DNA of 64,000 bases. It comes from an uncultured Acidimicrobiales bacterium. GTDB lineage: Bacteria; Actinomycetota; Acidimicrobiia; Acidimicrobiales; SZUA-35. Positions 57,465-64,000 of the stretch are shown in pieces (the first letter of the stretch is position 1; each line of letters begins with the position of its first letter). Below the pieces are notes generated by a model. That model made no database searches. It was not told the origin of the DNA and saw only the letters and a list, made by a program, of their open reading frames with translations. A program made the position numbers and the translations under genes. Location of the stretch: contig CALIFY010000012.1 in assembly GCA_938021675.1 (NCBI GenBank), positions 19,697 to 83,696 on the forward strand, read 5' to 3'.

Positions 57465-58535
57465 ATGAGCACCATGGTGGGAACTCTGTTCGGCGCGGAA
57501 TTCGCCTACTGGCAAACATCCGGTTTCCGACTGCTGATGGCCTTTGTCGCCGTTCTACTTCCGGCCGGCGGCACCGTCTATCTGTATTTGTTCAAGATGG
57601 TCAGTTTCATGCAGAGCCGACTCGGCCCGATGGAAGCTGGCCCATACGGAACGCTGCAGCTGGTTGCCGAGTTAGGCAAAAACGTGCAAAAAGAAGACAT
57701 CATCCCGGCTCAGGCCGATGTCTTCGTGTTCAAGGCTGCACCCTATGTGGTGCTGATCAGCACCTTCTTGCTCGTCCTCGTCGTGCCGTTCGGCCCCGAT
57801 GCGGTGTTCGCCGATTTCGACACCGGCATCTTCTTTGCTCTGGCTGTCTCCTCGGTATCGGTCATCGGCATTTTGATGGCGGGGTGGGCGAGCGCATCGA
57901 AGTACTCGCTGCTCGGCGGGCTTCGGGCTGCCGGGCAACTTATCGCATACGAACTTCCCCTGGTGTTGGCGGTCGTCGGTGTCGTCATTCAGGCCGGAAC
58001 GTTGAGCGTGCAAGGCATCGTGACCTCCCAAGCCGAAGGAGAAATCTTCGGATGGGGAGGGGTGGGTAACCCGTTCTTCCTCACCCAGCTCGTGGGCTTC
58101 TTTATCTTCATGGTTGCCGTTCAAGCCGAATTGACCCAGAGCCCGTTCGATATGCCAATCGCCGAGTCCGAACTGGTTGCCGGGTACATGACCGAATACT
58201 CCGGTTTTCGGTTCCTGATGTTCTTTATCGGCGAGTTCGCTACCGCCAACATCTTCGCATTCTTGGCTGCTTCGCTGTTCCTCGGAGGGTGGTCACTTCC
58301 ACCATTCGTAGCCGACGCGCTGTTTGCCGACGGGAACTTTTCTCCGTGGATGAACCTGGTCGGACCGGCGGTGATGGGTGGCAAGATGTTGCTGCTGACG
58401 TTCGTCATCTACTGGGTTCGCTTCACATACCCACGGTTCCGCGAGGACCAACTCCAGAGTTTTGCCTGGAAATTCCTCATCCCACTGGCATTGGCCAACA
58501 TCGCAGTGACCGGATTGCTCAAGGTGGTGTTTTAG
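57465..58535 (+). CDS. nuoH: Second complex I, subunit H
   Basis: MQSRLGP, PFDMPIAESEL, PRFREDQL; follows nuoD directly with no nuoEFG. Confidence 0.95.
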   Translation: MSTMVGTLFGAEFAYWQTSGFRLLMAFVAVLLPAGGTVYLYLFKMVSFMQSRLGPMEAGPYGTLQLVAELGKNVQKEDIIPAQADVFVFKAAPYVVLISTFLLVLVVPFGPDAVFADFDTGIFFALAVSSVSVIGILMAGWASASKYSLLGGLRAAGQLIAYELPLVLAVVGVVIQAGTLSVQGIVTSQAEGEIFGWGGVGNPFFLTQLVGFFIFMVAVQAELTQSPFDMPIAESELVAGYMTEYSGFRFLMFFIGEFATANIFAFLAASLFLGGWSLPPFVADALFADGNFSPWMNLVGPAVMGGKMLLLTFVIYWVRFTYPRFREDQLQSFAWKFLIPLALANIAVTGLLKVVF

Positions 58536-59039
58536 ATGGCGCTCGTCCCCGGCCTCGTCAAAGGCCTCGGTGTCACATTCAAGGAGATCACTAAAACGGT
58601 GGTCAAGGGTTCTGACACGGTTCAGTACCCCCACGTCAAGGAGAGTCCGGCCCCACGGTCCAGGGGTGTGATCGCCCTCCACGAGGAGAATTGCACCGCC
58701 TGTATGTTGTGCTCCCGGGAATGCCCGGATTGGTGCATCTACATAGAGGGCCACAAGACACTGGCTCCACCCCGTCGAGCGGGTGGTAAACCGCGGTCGG
58801 TCAACAAGCTCGATCGGTTCGATATCGACTACGGGCTCTGTATGTACTGCGGCATCTGTGTCGAGGTGTGCCCATTCGAGGCGCTGTTCTGGAGCCCGGA
58901 CTACGAGTACTCCGAACCGCGTATCGCCGACCTGCTCCACGACAAGACCCGCCTTGGCCAATGGATGGAGACCGTTCCGGACTTTGAGAGCTACGAGGCG
59001 GGCTCGGAAGCGAAAACAAAGAAGGTGCCGCGGCCGTGA
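58536..59039 (+). CDS. nuoI: Second complex I, subunit I
   Basis: [12 protein letters not shown] and [12 protein letters not shown]. Confidence 0.95.
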   Translation: MALVPGLVKGLGVTFKEITKTVVKGSDTVQYPHVKESPAPRSRGVIALHEENCTACMLCSRECPDWCIYIEGHKTLAPPRRAGGKPRSVNKLDRFDIDYGLCMYCGICVEVCPFEALFWSPDYEYSEPRIADLLHDKTRLGQWMETVPDFESYEAGSEAKTKKVPRP

Positions 59040-59605
59040 TGTTCGCGACAGCGATGTTGTCGTCCCAAACGGCAGCGGTCACCGCCGACGTGGCGTTGAC
59101 CGGAACCGGGGAGTGGGTGGCGAACGGGTTCTTTTATGCGATGGCCGTGGTCGCCATTGTCGCTGCCTTGCGGATGGTGACGACCAAGAACGTCGTTCAC
59201 GCCGCGCTGTATCTGCTTGTCGTTCTGTCCGCTGTCGCCGGGACGTACATCATTCTGGGTGCCGAATTTGCCGCCGCTACCCAAATCCTTGTGTACCTCG
59301 GGGCGATCATGGTGCTGTTGTTGTTCGGCGTCATGTTGACCAGGGCAAAGATCGGTCACGAATCTGAACTCGATTACCAGCAGCGTTGGTTGGGGGCACT
59401 GGTGGCGGCCGGCATGTTGGCCGTCATGAGCTATTCGTTGTGGGAAGCCTTTGGAACGGACAAGCTTCCGGTTGATCAAACCCCGCAGCGCACCCAGGAA
59501 GTGTCCGACAGCATCTTCAGTACCTATATCGTGCCGTTCGAGGCGCTCTCAGTCCTGCTGTTGGCGGCCCTCATCGGTGCGGTTGTAGTGGCGAGACGGG
59601 ACTAG
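59039..59605 (+). CDS. nuoJ: Second complex I, subunit J
   Basis: [28 protein letters not shown]. Confidence 0.94.
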   Translation: MFATAMLSSQTAAVTADVALTGTGEWVANGFFYAMAVVAIVAALRMVTTKNVVHAALYLLVVLSAVAGTYIILGAEFAAATQILVYLGAIMVLLLFGVMLTRAKIGHESELDYQQRWLGALVAAGMLAVMSYSLWEAFGTDKLPVDQTPQRTQEVSDSIFSTYIVPFEALSVLLLAALIGAVVVARRD

Positions 59606-59618
59606 GAGGAGGTCACTC

Positions 59619-59918
59619 ATGTTTTTGAATCAGTTTCTCTTCCTGGCCGCGGCCTTATTTTGTATTGGTATCTATGGCGTGTTGGTTCGCAAGAACGGCG
59701 TGCTGGTACTCATGTCGATCGAGCTGATCCTCAACGCGGTCAACATCAACCTGGTGGCCTTTGGGGCTTACCGGGGAGACATCGGTGGTCAGGTATTCGC
59801 GTTGTTTGTGATTGCCGTCGCCGCTGCTGAGGTCGGTGTCGGTTTGGCCATCGTGCTTCTGATCTACCGCAACCGTCGGAGTATCGACGTCGCCGAAGCC
59901 AATCTGCTGAAAGGCTGA
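59619..59918 (+). CDS. nuoK: Second complex I, subunit K
   Basis: [20 protein letters not shown]. Confidence 0.96.
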   Translation: MFLNQFLFLAAALFCIGIYGVLVRKNGVLVLMSIELILNAVNINLVAFGAYRGDIGGQVFALFVIAVAAAEVGVGLAIVLLIYRNRRSIDVAEANLLKG

Positions 59919-60022
59919 TGCCCATGCGAACCGCGTTACCACTTCGAACTCGACGCGCCGGACACCGGCCGGCGCTCGCCGACCGGCTCAAGGGCTGACC
60001 CGAACGAAGGCTGGAGAACTCC

Positions 60023-62320
60023 GTGTTTGGCGCAGAGGAAACAATTCCCTGGATTTTCGAGAATGTATGGCTGGTCCCGGCGCTGCCGGCGGCGTCGTTT
60101 TTGGTGATCCTGTTTTTCGGGAAGCGGCTGCCCTACAAGGGAGCCGAGGTTGGCATCGCCGCGGTCGGTGCCGCCTTCGTGCTTGCTCTGATAGCGACGT
60201 TCACCTGGATCGGTGACATCGACAACGCCGAGGGAGGCGACGAGAGCCATAGCGAAGAGGCCGCGGTGCTACGGGTCGACGGATCCGACGGCGCCCTGCC
60301 GGTGGTTCTCACCGCGGAGGAAGAAGGCGACGGGCACGGCGGTGGGCCTCGGGGCGCTCCGATCGTTACCGACGTCGAGTGGTTCGGGATCGGCACCGAC
60401 GCAAACCAGGTCACGCTCGGAGCCGAAGATTCGGTCGCCACCGAATCGGACGGGGCGAGTTCCGGTTTCGGTATCTCGATAGGGACATTGGTCGACGGGC
60501 AGTCGGTCATGCTGCTGTTCGTCGTCACGTTGGTTTCGCTACTCGTTCACGTGTTCTCCACCGACTACGTGCACGGCGACCGGCGCTACACCCACTACTT
60601 CGCCTTCCTTTCGCTGTTCACCTCGGCGATGCTGTTCATGGTGCTGTCTTCGAGCACCCTGCAGCTGATCGTCGGCTGGGAGCTGGTCGGCGTCTGCTCC
60701 TTTGCCCTCATCGGACATTGGTGGGAAGAGAAACCGAACTCCGATGCCGCCCTCAAGGCCTTTCTCACCAACCGGGTCGGCGACGTCGGGTTGATGGTCG
60801 GGATGATCATCCTGTACTTCGCCGCCGACCGGTCGTTCGACATTGTGACCATCAACGAGATGGCGGTGTCCGGTGAGATCCCAACCGGGACGTTGACCAT
60901 CGCCGCCCTGTGCCTCATGGCCGCCGTCATGTCGAAATCCGGCCAGTTCATTCTGCATACCTGGCTCCCCGACGCCATGGCCGGGCCGACTCCGGTTTCG
61001 GCCCTTATCCATGCCGCCACGATGGTCGTCGCCGGCGTCTACATGATCGGCCGGTTGTACCCGGTGTTCTTCGAAGGGTTCGCCATCGCCGGGTCCAGTT
61101 TGAACGCCATGGCGTTCATCGGCGGTCTGACCACCGTCGGGGGCGGAGCCTTGGCCTTCGTCCAGCGAGATATCAAAAAGGTGTTGGCCTACTCGACGGT
61201 GTCACAGCTCGGCTACATGGTTCTGGCGCTCGGCGTCGGGGCGTACACCGCTGGGATGTTCCATCTTTTCACCCACGCATTCTTCAAGGCGTGCCTGTTC
61301 CTCGGGGCCGGTTCGGTCAGCCACGCCTGTCACCACAGCTTCGACATGAAAGCCGACATGGGCGGCCTGCGCAAGCACATGCCGATCACGTTCTGGACGT
61401 TCATCATCGGTACCGGCGCCCTGGCCGGTATTCCACCGCTGGCCGGATTCTGGTCGAAAGACGAGATCCTGGTTGGCGCCGGGGTGTTTCCGGGAACCGG
61501 GGGCAATGGGACGTACACCATCCCCTTCATCTTCGGGATGATGACCGCGGCGATGACCGCAGCCTACATGACACGGGTCATCTGGTTGACCTTCTTCGGA
61601 GACTACCGAGGTCACGAGAAGCCTCATGAGTCCGGTCCTCGGATCACGGTCCCGCTGATCATCCTGGCCTCGATGGCCGTCGTTGTCGGGTTCCTCAACA
61701 TGCCGAGCGGGTTCGTGAAAGCACTGCGACTACCGGAAGGCTGGGCCCACCGGTTCGAGGATTGGGTCGAGCCCGAAGGTGTTGCATCGTTTGTCGGGGA
61801 AGAAAACGACTTCACTCACGCCAAACCAAGTTTGGCATTGGCCATTATCGCCACCGGGCTGGGAATCACCGCCGGTCTTGCCGTTTGGCAGTACTACCAA
61901 CGCTTGTATCGAATCGACCCGAAGGCAACCGAGTATCCGAACGGTATCGCCTCACGCAACGCCGTCGTCGGTGCCGGGCATCGACTGCTGGTCGAGAAGT
62001 ACTACCTCGATCACCTCTATACCGGGATCATCGCCGGGGCGACCAAAGGCCCGGTGGCACGGCTGGCCAACTGGATTAACCAGAACGTTCTCGATGGCAT
62101 CGTGAACACCGCCGGTCGGTTGTCGGTCGGCGCCGGCCAGCTCGTCTATCGATTCTTCGACCAGGCTGTGGTCGACGGCGCGGTCAACGCGTCAGGTCGA
62201 ACGGCCGCATCGTCCGGTGGGATCCTGCGGCGGATCCAGTCCGGTCAGGTGCGGGAATACGCAACACTCATGTTTGGCGCCGCAGCAGTACTTGCTGCGA
62301 TCTTCATCTTCGCTGTCTAG
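60023..62320 (+). CDS. nuoL: Second complex I, subunit L
   Basis: GWELVG, KSGQFILHTWLPDAMAGPTPVSALIHAATMV, HAFFKA; GGAGA RBS before GTG. Confidence 0.95.
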   Translation: MFGAEETIPWIFENVWLVPALPAASFLVILFFGKRLPYKGAEVGIAAVGAAFVLALIATFTWIGDIDNAEGGDESHSEEAAVLRVDGSDGALPVVLTAEEEGDGHGGGPRGAPIVTDVEWFGIGTDANQVTLGAEDSVATESDGASSGFGISIGTLVDGQSVMLLFVVTLVSLLVHVFSTDYVHGDRRYTHYFAFLSLFTSAMLFMVLSSSTLQLIVGWELVGVCSFALIGHWWEEKPNSDAALKAFLTNRVGDVGLMVGMIILYFAADRSFDIVTINEMAVSGEIPTGTLTIAALCLMAAVMSKSGQFILHTWLPDAMAGPTPVSALIHAATMVVAGVYMIGRLYPVFFEGFAIAGSSLNAMAFIGGLTTVGGGALAFVQRDIKKVLAYSTVSQLGYMVLALGVGAYTAGMFHLFTHAFFKACLFLGAGSVSHACHHSFDMKADMGGLRKHMPITFWTFIIGTGALAGIPPLAGFWSKDEILVGAGVFPGTGGNGTYTIPFIFGMMTAAMTAAYMTRVIWLTFFGDYRGHEKPHESGPRITVPLIILASMAVVVGFLNMPSGFVKALRLPEGWAHRFEDWVEPEGVASFVGEENDFTHAKPSLALAIIATGLGITAGLAVWQYYQRLYRIDPKATEYPNGIASRNAVVGAGHRLLVEKYYLDHLYTGIIAGATKGPVARLANWINQNVLDGIVNTAGRLSVGAGQLVYRFFDQAVVDGAVNASGRTAASSGGILRRIQSGQVREYATLMFGAAAVLAAIFIFAV

Positions 62321-62343
62321 GGGTAAGGGTAAGGACCAGCTTC

Positions 62344-63885
62344 ATGCAGGAATTCTTGGATACGTGGGGTATTACCGCCATGGTGTTCCTCCCCCTCGTC
62401 GGGGTGGCGCTGATGATGGCTGTCCCTCAAAAGGAAGAGAGTCTGCAACGCTGGCTCGCACTGGCGGCATCGATCGGATCGGCCGTGGTCGGTGTGCTCA
62501 TGTTGTGGAACTTCGACTACGACGACTCTGGCACGATGCAGTTCGCGGTCGACCACCGATGGATTGAGGTCATCACCGCTCGCTACGCGGTCGGGATCGA
62601 CGGCATGTCGTTGCCGCTGTTGGCGCTCACCTTGCTCGTCGTTCCGCTCGTCCTCATCTACAGCTGGAACCACATCCCGGCCCCGGGCAACGCCAAGGCG
62701 TTCCTGATTCTGATACTGGTTCTGCACACAGGGATGCTCGGCACGTTCGTCGCTCGAGATCTCGTGTTGTTCTTCGTGTTCTTCGAAGTGGTATTGCTGC
62801 CGATGTACTTCATGATCGGTGTGTGGGGCGGCGAGCAGCGGCTGTACGCCGCCATCAAGTTCTTTCTTTACACGCTGTTCGGGTCGGCGCTCATGCTCGT
62901 CAGCTTTCTGGCGTTGTTTCGGGTCACCGGTTCGGAGACCTTCAACATCGTCGGCCTAGCGGAACGAGTGGCGGAAGGCGACATCTCGCTGACCACCCAG
63001 GTGCTGATCTTCGGGGGCATGTTCATGGGATTCGGGATCAAGGTCCCGATGTTCCCGTTCCACACCTGGCTGCCGGACGCCCACACCCAAGCGCCGACGC
63101 AGGGTTCGGTGCTTTTGGCCGCCGTGTTGCTCAAACTGGGAACCTACGGGTTCATCCGTATCGCCATCCCGATCTTGCCGGAGGCGGCGTTGGAGTGGGC
63201 CCCTTGGATCGGCTTGTTGGCCGTCATCGGGATCATTTACGGCGCCCTCGGTTGTTTGGCCCAGACCGACATGAAGCGGCTGATCGCCTTTTCTTCGGTA
63301 GCCCATATGGGCTACGTGATGCTCGGTATTGCCACGTTGACCGACTTCGGGATCAACGCAGCCATCTTCGGCATGGTGGCCCATGGTCTCATCACCGGGA
63401 TGTTGTTCTTTATCGCTGGCTCGGTAAAAGAGCGGTATCACACCCTCGAAATCAAGCGGCTTGGTGGGCTGCTGATCCAAGCTCCTCGGATGGGTTGGAT
63501 CCTTGGCATTACGACGATGGCCTCGCTCGGGCTGCCCGGCCTCGCCGGGTTCTGGGGTGAGTTCCCGGCCATCCTGGCCTCGTACGATCCTGCCCCCGGT
63601 CTGTCTGACACCCTGTTCCGGGTGTACATGGTGGTCGCCGCCATCGGTACGGTGCTGGCCGCTGCCTACCTGCTTTGGCTCCTGCAGCGCACCGCATTTG
63701 GGACACCCTCTGAGGAGTTCGTCGATGATCCGGAGGTTCACGACATGGTGTTCACGGAGTGGTTGGCGTGGGCACCGATGTTGGTGCTCATCGTCGTACT
63801 CGGGTTTCTCCCCAGCCTTATCTTCGATGTGACAAACACGCCGGCCTCGATGGTTGGCGATGCCGTCAACGCTTTGGGGCGCTGA
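62344..63885 (+). CDS. nuoM: Second complex I, subunit M
   Basis: KVPMFPFHTWLPDAHTQAPT, LKLGTYG, GLPGLAGFWGE. Confidence 0.96.
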   Translation: MQEFLDTWGITAMVFLPLVGVALMMAVPQKEESLQRWLALAASIGSAVVGVLMLWNFDYDDSGTMQFAVDHRWIEVITARYAVGIDGMSLPLLALTLLVVPLVLIYSWNHIPAPGNAKAFLILILVLHTGMLGTFVARDLVLFFVFFEVVLLPMYFMIGVWGGEQRLYAAIKFFLYTLFGSALMLVSFLALFRVTGSETFNIVGLAERVAEGDISLTTQVLIFGGMFMGFGIKVPMFPFHTWLPDAHTQAPTQGSVLLAAVLLKLGTYGFIRIAIPILPEAALEWAPWIGLLAVIGIIYGALGCLAQTDMKRLIAFSSVAHMGYVMLGIATLTDFGINAAIFGMVAHGLITGMLFFIAGSVKERYHTLEIKRLGGLLIQAPRMGWILGITTMASLGLPGLAGFWGEFPAILASYDPAPGLSDTLFRVYMVVAAIGTVLAAAYLLWLLQRTAFGTPSEEFVDDPEVHDMVFTEWLAWAPMLVLIVVLGFLPSLIFDVTNTPASMVGDAVNALGR

Positions 63886-63886
63886 C

Positions 63887-64000
63887 GTGGGTTCAATCGT
63901 CGCCGGGCTCCTCGCTACCACTACGGCCGACACGGCCGAATTCGTTCGCCCTGCGATCGACTGGCACGCGTTTGCCCCCGAGCTGATCGTTCTCGGGTGG
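63887..64000 (+). CDS. nuoN: Second complex I, subunit N (5' part, truncated by window edge)
   Basis: GTG 63887 reads MGSIVAGLLATTTADTAEFVRPAIDWHAFAPELIVLGW, like the first NuoN N-terminus (IDWVLLAPFLV); expected operon position. Confidence 0.75.
   Translation, partial: MGSIVAGLLATTTADTAEFVRPAIDWHAFAPELIVLGW

Noticed and set aside
59918-59998. 26-aa ORF between nuoK2 and nuoL2 ending LKG-stop like nuoK
   Set aside because: No recognisable features; plausible by chance in high-GC DNA.
54681-64000. Second nuo-like cluster as a group 4 [NiFe] hydrogenase
   Set aside because: The large subunit lacks both Ni-binding CxxC motifs and retains the quinone-site H-x3-HG motif; NuoB2 has the tandem CC of complex I.

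Overview
High-GC bacterial chromosomal window, most likely an actinobacterium of class Acidimicrobiia and probably marine (inferred from gene content and order, rex-hem linkage, acidic surface proteins and taurine uptake genes; not verified by search). No rRNA, tRNA, CRISPR array or mobile element was recognised. The first ~25 kb holds mixed housekeeping and accessory genes: MarR/ABM pair, Tat-exported Dyp peroxidase, K+ channel, a taurine-type operon (aminotransferase-tauABC-pta), proC, a DUF62 protein, secreted proteins, an acyl-CoA ligase, rex and hemC-hemD-hemB. The remaining ~39 kb is a respiratory super-locus. A Rex operator (26046-26063) precedes one co-oriented run: membrane protein, 2x[4Fe-4S] ferredoxin, split cytochrome b6-type cytochrome b with the haem ci Cys, subunit IV, Rieske protein, dihaem cytochrome c, membrane protein, then a complete 14-subunit complex I (nuoA-N). 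A divergent mono-haem cytochrome c shares a novel N-terminal IPEHL peptide motif with subunit IV. Further on, a type II NADH dehydrogenase is divergent from a second complex I lacking nuoEFG, which runs off the window end. The best candidate for an undescribed system is this ferredoxin-associated b6f-like Rieske/cytochrome b complex together with the two complex I types. All assignments come from motif recognition by eye; several start codons were re-chosen from RBS and overlap context.
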